From a virus: a stretch of 64,000 nucleotides of DNA. Shown piece after piece: positions 11,184-21,693 of this stretch (positions are counted from its first letter, which is position 1; the number at the start of each line of letters is the position of its first letter). The notes under the pieces were generated by a model, which was not told where the DNA came from, made no database searches, and was given only the letters and a program-made list of their open reading frames with translations. The stretch lies in IMG/VR virus record IMGVR_UViG_3300037325_000203; one strand, given 5' to 3'. The translations under genes were made by a program, and so were the position numbers.

Positions 11184-11771
11184 TTAATCTTTTTCCATTC
11201 TTTCTATCAGAAGATTAAGGTTTACTACGATGGCGATTGCATACGCAATTCCGTGACCTCTTTTAAATTGATAGCTGGACATAACTTCCTTTTCCCATAC
11301 CTTCTTTTGTATTTCTTCCCATGGGGAGTTTTTTAAATAGGACTTCGACGGACGAATAATTGCAAGTATCATAGCTAGGTCTTCTACCGATGTAGGTTTG
11401 TACCTGACAAGTAGGTCGCTGTGCCCCTTCAAATGAAACAATTGATCAGTAACCTCCTGATATAGGAAGAAATCCCACGGAGGTTCCCTGTCTATAAGAC
11501 GAAGCAGATGGTCCTCGTTTTCTATCCCTGAGTACATGTTTACATTGAGAAAGTCTATCTTAAAATATCCATACTCGTTTGCAATTCTGTGATCTAATGT
11601 AGATGTATTCGTGACGGGATCTCTAGGAATATTCTGAAAATATACACCAGTTGGGTGCTTCTCGAATTTGTCGTTTGGACGATCTATCCTGCCATATATA
11701 CACTCCATACTGTCCAGTATCTTATCTCTGCCGAATACGTCTATGTCTACATCAGTTGCTACTTTTTTCAA
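11184..11771 (-). CDS. Miniature DNA polymerase III alpha (DnaE)-like protein
   Basis: TDVDID, KHPTGVY, GYFKIDFL, LAIIRP and FKRGHGIAYA match DnaE core motifs, but the ORF is only 195 aa. Confidence 0.75.
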   Translation of the reverse strand: MKKVATDVDIDVFGRDKILDSMECIYGRIDRPNDKFEKHPTGVYFQNIPRDPVTNTSTLDHRIANEYGYFKIDFLNVNMYSGIENEDHLLRLIDREPPWDFFLYQEVTDQLFHLKGHSDLLVRYKPTSVEDLAMILAIIRPSKSYLKNSPWEEIQKKVWEKEVMSSYQFKRGHGIAYAIAIVVNLNLLIERMEKD

Positions 11772-11813
11772 AATATGATCTCATAGTAAATACTAATCGG
11801 CATTCTTTAGCCA

Positions 11814-12008
11814 TCAATTTATATCCCTATCGTACACTGGTAATTGAAATTTTAAGGAAAAGGCCACTGCATCGTCGCAATGTGCAAACGAAACCACATG
11901 CGGTGACCATTCATACGTAAAGTCATTCTCCAGACGGTTTAACGATATCCATTCATACACCTCTACTAAGTGTATGGCGTTCAGTTTAAAGTACACAGGG
12001 GTATTCAT
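11814..12008 (-). CDS. Small hypothetical protein
   Basis: 64 aa, ATGA-type overlap with the upstream gene; C-terminal AVAFSLKF motif resembles 57355-57831 and 59332-59592. Confidence 0.55.
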   Translation of the reverse strand: MNTPVYFKLNAIHLVEVYEWISLNRLENDFTYEWSPHVVSFAHCDDAVAFSLKFQLPVYDRDIN

Positions 12009-12727
12009 ATGCCGGCCTGTTCCAGTAAATCTTTAATAAAATCTACATCATCATCCTGTTTTTTAAACTTTTTCATCCAGAAGCCGGGGTCTATGATATC
12101 CGCGATCATTTTAGAGTGATCTTCGCTGAATCTGCCCATTAGATCATCTCCGCTTGCGGACAGGTATAACACCCACGGGCTAATTCTCCCAGTTCTGATC
12201 ATATATGCAGCCTCGTTCGCAGACACACTAAAGAAGAATTCATTAAACTTCACTCTGTTCACTTCGCACCATTGCATAATATCCATTATGGTTCTGTCTG
12301 TCGCACTAGTAGCTGGTTCCTTTTTTAATAAATCCATAATATACGTGTCATACACAAAGTCCTTTGTCCAGTCCTTTAACTTAACTCCGTTTTTGATAAC
12401 AAAATCGATGTATTGCTCCAGGTAAACGGGCTTTAAACATGCAAGGTGATGTCCGAATTTAACAAAATCAATATAGTATGCACTATTGATAAATTCTTCC
12501 GAAGACTTCAGTTTCTTAGAGTTGGCACTAATTTCGTAAAATCGTTGATAGGCTCTGAACCCTAGCCTCGGGCCAGTTGAATCTTTTTCCATGTGTCGTC
12601 TTTTTTTAACGCACATGTGTGTCATGAGGGTGGCTTCCTTATGAAACTTTGTATTACAAAATTTACATTGGAAATTTTGTTCCATTAACCTGTTCGATTC
12701 TGACAATTTTGTCAATAGTTTCACCAT
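12005..12727 (-). CDS. Conserved hypothetical protein with an N-terminal C2H2-like Zn finger
   Basis: FQCKFCNTKF...LMTHMC; within the replication cluster. Confidence 0.7.
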   Translation of the reverse strand: MVKLLTKLSESNRLMEQNFQCKFCNTKFHKEATLMTHMCVKKRRHMEKDSTGPRLGFRAYQRFYEISANSKKLKSSEEFINSAYYIDFVKFGHHLACLKPVYLEQYIDFVIKNGVKLKDWTKDFVYDTYIMDLLKKEPATSATDRTIMDIMQWCEVNRVKFNEFFFSVSANEAAYMIRTGRISPWVLYLSASGDDLMGRFSEDHSKMIADIIDPGFWMKKFKKQDDDVDFIKDLLEQAGI

Positions 12728-12738
12728 AAGTCATCAAA

Positions 12739-13323
12739 TCAGCGTTTATCAGCAGGGATGTAGTGTTTGAGTAATTCTTTAATAGTTTTATCGTCGTACC
12801 CATTTTCTTTAAAAAATCCCTCAATGTCTTCTTTACTATTTATTTGCAATAAGAGCTCAAGGTCAGAATCATTTAGCAAGGGATAGTGAATTAGTATTCC
12901 CTCTTCTAATTTATTTTTCTTCAATCCCTTCGGCGCTGGTACCTTTTCATGATACTGCTTTTTTCCAGATCCGCACAGAGCCAGTAACATCCATTGTAGC
13001 TCGGGATGGCCTTCTTTTCCTTCTCGGGCCTTCTTTACAAAGAGATTAAAGTTTACATTTACCAGCTCATTAACCATTAGCAAATGGTGTTCGGCCGCAG
13101 ACTTGGATGAGCTCATAAACCTCATAAGTATCCACATAGATTTTTCTATTTCTTTTCTTTGTTCGGGGGATCGGTTACTATAAAACTTCAAATCCCTTGC
13201 ATCAAGCGCAGGCAAGGATTCCCTGAACATGTCAACTAGATATTCTTTACCAGCTGTAATGGCATACTCGGATGTATTTGACACGTTAAATCCATCTAGC
13301 CAGTCTTTAAGGTCGTTACTCAA
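12739..13323 (-). CDS. Possible clamp-loader small subunit (gp62-like)
   Basis: WILMRFMSS...VNELVN...HPELQWMLL pattern, size and context resemble gp62. Confidence 0.45.
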   Translation of the reverse strand: MSNDLKDWLDGFNVSNTSEYAITAGKEYLVDMFRESLPALDARDLKFYSNRSPEQRKEIEKSMWILMRFMSSSKSAAEHHLLMVNELVNVNFNLFVKKAREGKEGHPELQWMLLALCGSGKKQYHEKVPAPKGLKKNKLEEGILIHYPLLNDSDLELLLQINSKEDIEGFFKENGYDDKTIKELLKHYIPADKR

Positions 13324-13822
13324 ACAATGCCCCTATATCTATAACGTCGGGTAGTTTTGAAGTTTCTTTAACAAACAGCGCACAATCCGGGTGCGGAGAG
13401 TCATCCAACGGGACAACTAATATATTACCATTCTTTAGTTTAGGAAAAAACCATTTAACTTCCGAATATACGTTTGTTATTGTAATTTCTTGAGGGCGAG
13501 GTACCATGTGCCGAAGAGGATTGAATGCCATTGTGTAAAATCCTCTATCATTAAGGCTCGTTAATGGCATTAACTCCAGATCACTGTAATCCTCATCACA
13601 TACAAGTATGGACCAATCTAACGGCATTTGTACTGTATATTTTCCAATAGTCAGCACAACTGCTGGTGCATGAAAACTTTCTAAAAATATCAAAGGTATA
13701 AAGAAATAGTCTGAATTCTTTGGGTCTGAGTAGTCAAGAACTGCGTACCTGATATCTTCAATTTCGTTTGGAATCTTATCCAAATTATATGCTTTATTTT
13801 CGTTCGTGAGGATGAATGTCAT
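13316..13822 (-). CDS. Conserved hypothetical protein
   Basis: 168-aa ORF overlapping the downstream gene. Confidence 0.7.
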   Translation of the reverse strand: MTFILTNENKAYNLDKIPNEIEDIRYAVLDYSDPKNSDYFFIPLIFLESFHAPAVVLTIGKYTVQMPLDWSILVCDEDYSDLELMPLTSLNDRGFYTMAFNPLRHMVPRPQEITITNVYSEVKWFFPKLKNGNILVVPLDDSPHPDCALFVKETSKLPDVIDIGALFE

Positions 13823-13903
13823 TAATATACCTTATGATAAATAAGTGTAGTTCGCGATACTATCAATATCCAACTACTCTAACGCCTATCAGGAGCAATC
13901 AGC

Positions 13904-14569
13904 ATGATATTTATCGACAACAAATACACTAGGTGTTATTTTAACATCATTGCTATAGCAAAAGCAAGAATTCCGATTACGGGTTATGTAGAAAAACATC
14001 ATATTTTGCCACGATCACTCGGTGGAAATAATACTACATCTAATTTAGTGCAATTAACAGCACGAGAACATTTTATATGCCACGCATTACTAACTAAAAT
14101 GACATCTGGGGATGATAGAAGAAAAATGATTTTTGCTTCTAATATGATGTTGTGTGGTAAAAATAGATATGTCCCGTCTGGTAAAATCTATCAGATTGTA
14201 AAGGGAGATTTTGCCAAAATGTCTTCTATATTACATACTGGAAAATCTATATCAGATAAACAGAAATTATTAATTTCGGAAGCAAATAAGAATAAAATTG
14301 TTTCAGATGAAACATGTATTAAAATTTCTAATAGTAAGATTGGAAAGAAAAGAAAATTGTTTGCCGAATCTGCCAAAGAAAATATGAGTAAATGCAAATT
14401 AGGTGAAAAGAATGCAAGTTTTGGAAAAACTTTCACGGCTTGCACAATAGAAAAAATGAAGTTATCTGCACAAAATCGGTCTAAATTAAAATGCCAGTGC
14501 GGAAAGGAATGTTCACCGTCAAATTTCAAAAGATGGCATGGAGATAACTGCAAGTCATCTAAATCTTAG
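13904..14569 (+). mobile_element. HNH homing endonuclease with NUMOD3-like repeats
   Basis: EKHHILPRSLGG...NLVQLTAREHFICH; HTGKSIS/KISNSKIGK repeats; opposite strand, with GGAG SD and GATAAATA upstream. Confidence 0.85.
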
Positions 14570-14896
14570 TTTGTTTCTTTTATGTAATTCCCAGTCGTCA
14601 TCTAACTTTTTCATATCACGCTGTATTGCTACTTTACCTACGGGAATCATACCAGGACATATTCCGCATTTTATAAGATAATCGCATAACATGTTTTCAA
14701 ATCCAAGATGTCTAACTGACATAAATGTTATGGAATGTGCAGTCGGCGAGTTGTCTTCGAACACTAAGTTCATCATTGACATAGGAGGGGATCCTTCTAG
14801 TCTTTCCTCGCACGTTACGTCTAATTTGTTTGCTTCAAAAAAAGTCTTTAGCAGACTTACATATCCCCACGAGATATTACTTTCTACAGCCGACAT
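14555..14896 (-). CDS. Hypothetical protein
   Basis: Probable start MSAVESN abuts the UvsW-C stop. Confidence 0.55.
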   Translation of the reverse strand: MSAVESNISWGYVSLLKTFFEANKLDVTCEERLEGSPPMSMMNLVFEDNSPTAHSITFMSVRHLGFENMLCDYLIKCGICPGMIPVGKVAIQRDMKKLDDDWELHKRNKLRFR

Positions 14897-15738
14897 TAGT
14901 ATTTTACCTTTGTAACTGTATAAGGGTACTCTGCCTCGGCATAGAACTTTTTTCGTTGAGTTAAATGCCTCTTTGAGAACTTGCAATTTGAACAAACATC
15001 GTAGACGTTCACGAAGTCCTTGTCCTCCGCAACCCTGATGCCGCGGCCTATGCTCTGAATTACTCTCACAAAACTCTTGCCAGACTCGAAGAGAACAAGA
15101 TTAAAAATACGCACAATGTTAATGCCTGTAGAAGCAACCCCGTAAGTTGCAATAATGACCTTCCCGTCTACTTCTTGTACTTCCTTATATTCATCTTTCC
15201 TGTCTTTAGATTTCATTTTTCCTGAAACAAATACAGAATCCGGTATAAGCGATTGTAACAGGGTTCCCGTCTCGATTCTATCTACCAATACTAGCGTGTT
15301 GCCAGATGCTGACATTTCAATAACAGACTTGGCAAGAAACTTTAACCTAGTCTGGCTTGTGGTCAACCACTTTAACTCTGCTTGATAGTTAGTGAATGCA
15401 GCTTCTCCTAAATCTTGAAGCTGCCAAACATTAACATGCAACTGTGCAAGTATTCCTTTGTCTTGCAGCTCTTTTGTTCTGATTTTTCCAAGCATAGGTC
15501 CAATACATGCAAGGACAGACATTCTTTCGTGATCCTGTTCGGGCATAGTGCCTGTTAGCCCCCACCTAATCGGCACGTGGGACAAATAAGTCGACAATAG
15601 CTTTCTCAATACATCTGCCTTTGCTTTGTGGCAATTCTGAACTACTGCATCATTAACGATAAAGTTATGGTCATCTTTTATACCTAATGTATATACTTCG
15701 GGCGGCTTATCTATTTCTGTTCTTAATATAAGTTTCAT
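14896..15738 (-). CDS. uvsW: UvsW-like SF2 helicase, C-terminal part, preceded by a 35-aa IntC
   Basis: MKLILRTEI...VYTLGIKDDHNFIVNDAVVQN|CHKAK; then WGLTGT and QSIGRGIR motifs. Confidence 0.9.
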   Translation of the reverse strand: MKLILRTEIDKPPEVYTLGIKDDHNFIVNDAVVQNCHKAKADVLRKLLSTYLSHVPIRWGLTGTMPEQDHERMSVLACIGPMLGKIRTKELQDKGILAQLHVNVWQLQDLGEAAFTNYQAELKWLTTSQTRLKFLAKSVIEMSASGNTLVLVDRIETGTLLQSLIPDSVFVSGKMKSKDRKDEYKEVQEVDGKVIIATYGVASTGINIVRIFNLVLFESGKSFVRVIQSIGRGIRVAEDKDFVNVYDVCSNCKFSKRHLTQRKKFYAEAEYPYTVTKVKY

Positions 15739-16751
15739 GTATTTATGCTTTTTACACTATCATCAACATCTAACTGATCTGCTCGTACCCAACCTCGTTG
15801 AGTTAAAAACTTATGATTTCCTGTAACTTTTATTTTCTTATTATTATCGAACTCTAATTCATACATTTTTTCATTTGACGATTTTGTCAGATTTTTATAG
15901 ACTGCATCAACGGTATCTTCTTTGAATATATTCTCCATTTCTGAATAGTTTATTATCCTATCCCCGACTTTTATTTCCGATATTTTCAAATAGCCCAATG
16001 ATGTCAAGACTAATGCATCTGGGTGAAAACATTCGTCCACCATAACGCAGACCACTCCCTTGAAGAAAGCGATTATATCTATTTCTAAATCGGTTCCTTT
16101 CGAACGCTTTGCCAGGCTTTCCAAACTTTGCCATGTACATATAGTATGAGTCTTCAGATACTCCTTCCTATCTCCAAAAAATACCCCGACATCGAGTCCG
16201 AGATTAGTATAATCTTCTTCGGTCTGTGTTACTAAATCCTTAGTAGGCACGATTACTATACTGCGACCATACGGCTGGACCTTGTGGCTAAGAATCGCCG
16301 TTATTAGTGTCTTTCCAGCACCTGTAGGGGCGATAGCGACGCCTGCTAAGTTCTCTAAATAAGAATTGATAACGTCGACTTGATGCTCTCGAAGTGTTAT
16401 GGGTTCGCCGGTCTTGACATGCCCTTTGGGCCAGGAATGCGCGGCATAGCTATTTTCATCTACCTTAGTAAACTCGAATACGTGCTGATCCCTCATATCT
16501 TCGATATCAATATCGAAACCATGTTGTTGTACAATGGGTAGTAATATGTCCAACAGATTCAAATAAGATCTGCCGCCTACATCGCAGAAACTCATACATC
16601 CATCCCATCTGCCTAGTTTGTAGCTGGGCATATGTCTTGCGTGCTGCAAGAAAAACTTTACCGAATCTACTAACTTACGTCGAGTAGAAACATCGAGCCC
16701 GTCTAGCTTAACGTTTACTTCGTCTTGAATTATTAATTTACATGTTGCCAT
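15735..16751 (-). CDS. uvsW: UvsW-like SF2 helicase, N-terminal part, ending in a 98-aa IntN
   Basis: APTGAGKT Walker A; VMVDE|CFHPDALV...VTGNHKFLT (intein blocks A and B). Splicing would restore DECH. Confidence 0.9.
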   Translation of the reverse strand: MATCKLIIQDEVNVKLDGLDVSTRRKLVDSVKFFLQHARHMPSYKLGRWDGCMSFCDVGGRSYLNLLDILLPIVQQHGFDIDIEDMRDQHVFEFTKVDENSYAAHSWPKGHVKTGEPITLREHQVDVINSYLENLAGVAIAPTGAGKTLITAILSHKVQPYGRSIVIVPTKDLVTQTEEDYTNLGLDVGVFFGDRKEYLKTHTICTWQSLESLAKRSKGTDLEIDIIAFFKGVVCVMVDECFHPDALVLTSLGYLKISEIKVGDRIINYSEMENIFKEDTVDAVYKNLTKSSNEKMYELEFDNNKKIKVTGNHKFLTQRGWVRADQLDVDDSVKSINT

Positions 16752-16761
16752 TATTCTTCCA

Positions 16762-17223
16762 TTACATACTTGCATCGTCCAGACCTGCCACACGCAATTT
16801 AACAATGTGTCCAGTCATGAAATTCTTTGCTTCGAAGCCCTTTGTGATACCCAAAAACTTATTCCTCAGCAGTGCAACTTCATTTATTAGCATAGTCGAA
16901 TCGACAATACCGGGGACTCCGTCTACGTATTTCTCAGCATCTCGAGAACTTAATACCTTGTTATATGCTTCTATAAATACTTTAAATTGAGCCGATCTAT
17001 CCTTTTTCAACTGTATGTTGAGGTATTCCAGAACTGCCTCAATTTCTTGTAATTGGGAATACCTATGCTCGACTACGCCGGGCAGTTCTGCGGCATGCTT
17101 CTCTAGCGTCTTCCCTTTTAGTGATAATTCCATTCTTGCTTTATCGAGCTCTAACTCAAAAAAGCCGATAAAATCGGGGATGTTTGATAGATCACTCGTC
17201 ACTTTGTAATACCAATTGCTCAT
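16762..17223 (-). CDS. uvsY: UvsY-like recombination mediator
   Basis: Helical 153-aa protein (LSSRDAEKYVDG) between UvsW and UvsX. Confidence 0.65.
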   Translation of the reverse strand: MSNWYYKVTSDLSNIPDFIGFFELELDKARMELSLKGKTLEKHAAELPGVVEHRYSQLQEIEAVLEYLNIQLKKDRSAQFKVFIEAYNKVLSSRDAEKYVDGVPGIVDSTMLINEVALLRNKFLGITKGFEAKNFMTGHIVKLRVAGLDDASM

Positions 17224-17344
17224 CTTGTTTCACATTTTTTATAAATCTTATAGCCGGAGTGTTCGAGCAATAAAAATGCCCAGTCGTATAAATGGAGCGA
17301 GACATTTAATCTGCCGATTTCCTTATTAGTCTCATGCTTGCCAT

Positions 17345-17650
17345 TCATAGTTTATAAACTCTTTTAATTGCAATCTCCATTGCATGAACTAAGCGCGAAG
17401 CTCTTTGTGACCTCGACATTAATACTCTTTTAATCGCCATAGCTCTTGGAGGGACCGATAGGTCTTCTGCCAATGCTTTATGCAGTCTGGTCAGATTTGC
17501 AGGTTCAGATACCCAAAAAACGTAGTCAGAACCGACAGTTGCATCTCTCATGTTTTCTCTGAACTGCTGGACTTGCGTAATGGTCATCTGGACATCCTTG
17601 CTCTTGATTGTCTCGAGTAAAAGCTCGCCGAATTCGCCGGCTTTAATCAT
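17345..17650 (-). CDS. Hypothetical protein
   Basis: Probable start MIKAGEF overlaps the upstream stop. Confidence 0.55.
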   Translation of the reverse strand: MIKAGEFGELLLETIKSKDVQMTITQVQQFRENMRDATVGSDYVFWVSEPANLTRLHKALAEDLSVPPRAMAIKRVLMSRSQRASRLVHAMEIAIKRVYKL

Positions 17651-17879
17651 CGCTGATATCCTCGTCTGATTCGTCTTCGTTAAACTCGGCCAAGTGACTT
17701 CGGGCTGCTGCACTCAGTTCTTTATCAAGTTCCTCACTCAGGAGACTCTCTGTTACTAGCCCAAACTCGTCGAAGACTGCGACAAAAATATCTGCCACTT
17801 CAAGTCTTTCCTTAGGAGCAACGTGGGACTTTATACGAGCCCACAACTCCAATAATAATTCGTTATTGTCGTTTACCAT
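17643..17879 (-). CDS. Hypothetical acidic protein
   Basis: 78 aa directly after UvsX, with an acidic tail. Confidence 0.65.
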   Translation of the reverse strand: MVNDNNELLLELWARIKSHVAPKERLEVADIFVAVFDEFGLVTESLLSEELDKELSAAARSHLAEFNEDESDEDISDD

Positions 17880-17882
17880 TTC

Positions 17883-18986
17883 TTAATCTCCATGAACAAC
17901 TACCAACCCGGGTAATTCGTCCCCGTTATCCTTAATTACTACGATCAAATCTTCTTTTGTAAATTCATCCATAAGTATTTTCATACTATCTAAATCATTG
18001 TTCCATGCTTTCTTGAACTGTTTGATTACCTTACCGGTAATCTTCGAAGTGTAAACATAACTATTCCCTTCCTTCACGAGCTTTCCTGCTTTGTCGAACA
18101 GATCAAATAATCCAGATGTTGGGTTCATGCCCGTCTCCCACGGAATATCAATCTTAATAGACTCAAACGGCTTTGAATACCGAGTTTTAACAACTTTACA
18201 AGTTGCACGAATTCCTCGGATATCGGATCCTGTAGTTTTATTACCATCCTCATCTTCTTTAAGTTTGTACTTCTTCATAGCAATAACTATGCTGGAGGCA
18301 AACATAAAACCAGATCCGCCAGAAATTTTATCATCGGGGTCAAACATGTCTTGACTTGCGTATGTATGGTTAGTAACTACCATACCCATGTTCAGATCTC
18401 CAAACATGTTTACACAGTTGGAAACAAACGCCTTTAGCTGCTTTGCTTTGCGACCCATGTCACCCTTCATATCAGCTGCTTCGAACTGCTTCACCTCAGT
18501 AGGTGTTAGTAACATACCCAGAGAGTCGATAATGAAAAGTATCTTTGGACGATCTGGTTTAGGAAGATCCATGTGATTGGCTTTGTAGTCTGTCACAAAG
18601 GCATGAACGATGCCTGCAACATCATCGATCATAGATGCACTAATTCGAAGTAACTTGTCCTCCGATGTGTCTACTCCGAGTGGAATTAACCACTTTTCAT
18701 CTAAGGCGTTTTCTGTATCGATCATAACAACAAAAATGCCTTGCTCTTGTGCATGCTTTGCAATGTTGCCAGATACGATGTAAGATTTGCCGGCGCCTGA
18801 TTCGCCTGCAAACACTGTTACCTTACCCATCGGTACTCCTTTGTCGAAGTCTCCGCTAATAAGATAGTTTAATCCGTAGGATCCTGTACTTATCCAGGTA
18901 TCCGGATCATTAAAACCGGTCGAAATGCCGGTAATGCTCTTAGTAAGAGTTTTTCTAAATTTACTTATGTCGAATGGTCTAGTCAT
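17883..18986 (-). CDS. uvsX: RecA/UvsX recombinase
   Basis: AGESGAGKS, IDTENA, IIDSLGML, VTNHTY and SGGSG motifs. Confidence 0.95.
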   Translation of the reverse strand: MTRPFDISKFRKTLTKSITGISTGFNDPDTWISTGSYGLNYLISGDFDKGVPMGKVTVFAGESGAGKSYIVSGNIAKHAQEQGIFVVMIDTENALDEKWLIPLGVDTSEDKLLRISASMIDDVAGIVHAFVTDYKANHMDLPKPDRPKILFIIDSLGMLLTPTEVKQFEAADMKGDMGRKAKQLKAFVSNCVNMFGDLNMGMVVTNHTYASQDMFDPDDKISGGSGFMFASSIVIAMKKYKLKEDEDGNKTTGSDIRGIRATCKVVKTRYSKPFESIKIDIPWETGMNPTSGLFDLFDKAGKLVKEGNSYVYTSKITGKVIKQFKKAWNNDLDSMKILMDEFTKEDLIVVIKDNGDELPGLVVVHGD

Positions 18987-19037
18987 GGCTACTACTTGTA
19001 AATGATGGGGCAAGTTGACACCTGCCCCGGTTAAGGA

Positions 19038-20066
19038 TTACTTGCTACGGTTTCTGATCATCGCAAGAATTTCCTGCGGTGTCTTACCACTAGAAGCAGT
19101 GCTGACTGCTGCAACAGTTTCCTTAGCCACTGCTGGAGGATCAATGTCGAACGGTGGGCCCGATGTATCATCCTCTTTTACTACAGGTTTTGTGGTTGGT
19201 ACGGTAGTTACTGGCCGGGCTGGCGCCCTCGCAGCAGGTCGGCTGGATTCGCCGTCGTCGCTTGCACCTGCACCCGACTCGAACCCAAACGGCTTGTAAA
19301 ACTGTGCCCACAATGATGGGTCATACATTTCGCCATCTAGGGATGCCTGGAACATGTCAAACATGATTGCCAGTTGCTCTGGTGTTGGGCGCTTTGGTAA
19401 ATATGTTGCCAGATCCACCAATCCAAATTGATCAATTGCCTCTTGCATTTCTGCTGCGATGCTAGATTCTTTTCTTGCCCACTTAGAGGTGCCATAGTCC
19501 GAGTAGCCGCCTTTGCTTGTCTTTGAAACAATAAAGTCAGTTCCATTGATATAGTCCACTGGACTGTTTTCCATATCAGGATCCATCAGCGCCGCTTTCA
19601 TGATTGCATAGATTTGCGGACCAATAATAAATTTACGAATTGGGTTCTCCGGGGAATCCGTTTCATTCATCGGATCCTGCTTTACAAAGCCCTGTGCGTA
19701 ATAGGTCTTCTTTACCCAATACTTACGAGCTGTGTCTTCCAGTGATTTATCCTTCCACATAGGACGGACTTCATTAAGGATAGGGCAAGTGTTTTTGCCT
19801 GTCCACATTTCTACGCAAGGCACTTGTACGGTGACTGATTTAGTTTCGTCCTGTCCCTTAATGCCTGGAAATTCCAACTTAATAAGTTGTCGTTCTGTCC
19901 AGAATAGTGTGTTATCTTCATTTGCGTCGGGTAAAAACCTGAGGAGTGTAGTTGTTCCTTCAGGAATGTTCCAGTGGGGATATGTTGACTTATCCCCAAT
20001 TTTGGGTCCCTTGCGTGTATCGAGTGCTTGTAATTTCTTACGAATTTCGTCTAATGTTTTTGACAT
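19038..20066 (-). CDS. Single-stranded DNA-binding protein (gp32-like)
   Basis: LRFLPD, PC...CPI, ARKYWVK, GTDFIVSK and YSDYGTSKW motifs; adjacent to UvsX. Confidence 0.85.
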   Translation of the reverse strand: MSKTLDEIRKKLQALDTRKGPKIGDKSTYPHWNIPEGTTTLLRFLPDANEDNTLFWTERQLIKLEFPGIKGQDETKSVTVQVPCVEMWTGKNTCPILNEVRPMWKDKSLEDTARKYWVKKTYYAQGFVKQDPMNETDSPENPIRKFIIGPQIYAIMKAALMDPDMENSPVDYINGTDFIVSKTSKGGYSDYGTSKWARKESSIAAEMQEAIDQFGLVDLATYLPKRPTPEQLAIMFDMFQASLDGEMYDPSLWAQFYKPFGFESGAGASDDGESSRPAARAPARPVTTVPTTKPVVKEDDTSGPPFDIDPPAVAKETVAAVSTASSGKTPQEILAMIRNRSK

Positions 20067-20208
20067 GATTTTGTTTTCCTGTGCTTTAACGCTATTAATT
20101 GAGTTGCTAGCCTACTCAGGACACGTTAATCCTTTTTGCGCCTACCTTCTACGAACATTTCGTACAGCAACTATTTTACGAAATTTTTATAACTTTGTCA
20201 AGGACTTC

Positions 20209-21693
20209 TTAATAGAAATTCTTAATATATTTATCAAACATTGTGTCTATGGCCATCGACTCTTTAATATCTTTCTTTTCTGAAAATTCTTCTATTTTTG
20301 CATTTTCAAAAACCTGAGACAGCACTGCTTTTTCGAAATCGTTTACAACACCTTCTTTACATAGCTTGGTGCCTATTTTTCCAATGAATCCTGCAAGTTC
20401 ATCATTCTCTACCAATCTGAGTGCAAGTTCGCTTAACTTAAACCCCATCCGGGCATTGTCGCTGGCAAATTCGAACATCGGCGTACTATTTATAGATCCT
20501 CGACGCAGAGTAACTGTATTTGCGGCAGCTTCTTCAATGCGTTTACGAAAGGAATCTTTTTCCTGGACTAGCTGTTTCACAATAGGGAGGACTTCCTCGA
20601 ACTTCTCGTCAAATCTACGGACGGTGAAAAGGTCTTTGAGACCCGATACATCGTCTTCGGCCAATATCTCTTGCTCTAGTGTCTCGACACGAGCCCTAAT
20701 GGTTTCATAAGTCTTTGTGCCGGTGAACTTTTTAAGTTCGGTACGAAGTGTTTCGATACTCTCTTTAATGGTCTCAATGATTCCCGAACTATCTTCATTA
20801 ATCAATTTATTCGTAGTCACGTATCGGTTAAACGACTGTAGCTTCAGTAGCTGGCTTGTACTTTCAGTGATATGGTGCCCTACCTTATCTGTCATTGTGC
20901 CGGCGTGAGCCAGGTGTTGAGCCATAGCCCTGGCGCCTGGCAAATAATTGTGAGGGAAACGAAATCGTTCGCCGTTGCTTTCTAAGAAAATAGAGGAAAT
21001 ATGGCGGCTACGCGAGCCTCTTACTGTCTCGTCCACTGGAGTTTTGTGTCTGACTAGTATCTTTACATTTTCTAATGTTTGATGTGATGTCTTTAAGGAA
21101 CCAAACATCTTACTGAAACTTTCTGTAATTGCTTCTTCCACGGACTTTCCATACACAGGCTGTTTACCCATATACTGAATAATTTCAATTTTGTCATCGT
21201 GCTGTAAGGCGTTCAATGCGCGCTGTACGTCGTTTAGGTCTGCACCGGGTATACTGGATGCGAGAGCTTCTGCTGTCATACCAGAAGTATATCCTAATTC
21301 GTGATAGACCTTAGATAACATTAGACTGTTGGTTTTGTACCCTTCCATCATGGCCGACTCCTGTTCTGCTTTAGCCTTGTAAGAGAAATCCCTTGGCTGA
21401 ATTGTTTTACCAAAAACTTTTATATCTGAATTCATCAGGAAACTATCTGCTAATTTCCTAATTTGTTTCTGTACATTTAAAATCGAATCATCATCTGTCG
21501 ACCCTTTGCTAAACTCTACAGCGTTACCTTCCTCATCTATAGTAACCATAAGGTTCGGTGTTAGTACGAAAAATCTACGGCCGTCTGCGGGATTAGTTGT
21601 TTCGGCGCCGGCCTGATCGAAAATTTTAATTTTCAATCCGTTACCTTTTAACAATGAAAAAATCTTTCCAGCAAGATCGTCTATTTCAACCAT
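20209..21693 (-). CDS. Conserved hypothetical (probable virion) protein
   Basis: 494 aa; AAGGGA SD and ATAAATA motifs upstream. Confidence 0.75.
   Translation of the reverse strand: MVEIDDLAGKIFSLLKGNGLKIKIFDQAGAETTNPADGRRFFVLTPNLMVTIDEEGNAVEFSKGSTDDDSILNVQKQIRKLADSFLMNSDIKVFGKTIQPRDFSYKAKAEQESAMMEGYKTNSLMLSKVYHELGYTSGMTAEALASSIPGADLNDVQRALNALQHDDKIEIIQYMGKQPVYGKSVEEAITESFSKMFGSLKTSHQTLENVKILVRHKTPVDETVRGSRSRHISSIFLESNGERFRFPHNYLPGARAMAQHLAHAGTMTDKVGHHITESTSQLLKLQSFNRYVTTNKLINEDSSGIIETIKESIETLRTELKKFTGTKTYETIRARVETLEQEILAEDDVSGLKDLFTVRRFDEKFEEVLPIVKQLVQEKDSFRKRIEEAAANTVTLRRGSINSTPMFEFASDNARMGFKLSELALRLVENDELAGFIGKIGTKLCKEGVVNDFEKAVLSQVFENAKIEEFSEKKDIKESMAIDTMFDKYIKNFY

Noticed and set aside
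13316-13822. Stand-alone degenerate Hint/intein domain
   Set aside because: Only a vague beta-strand pattern; no Cys1, TxxH or terminal Asn.
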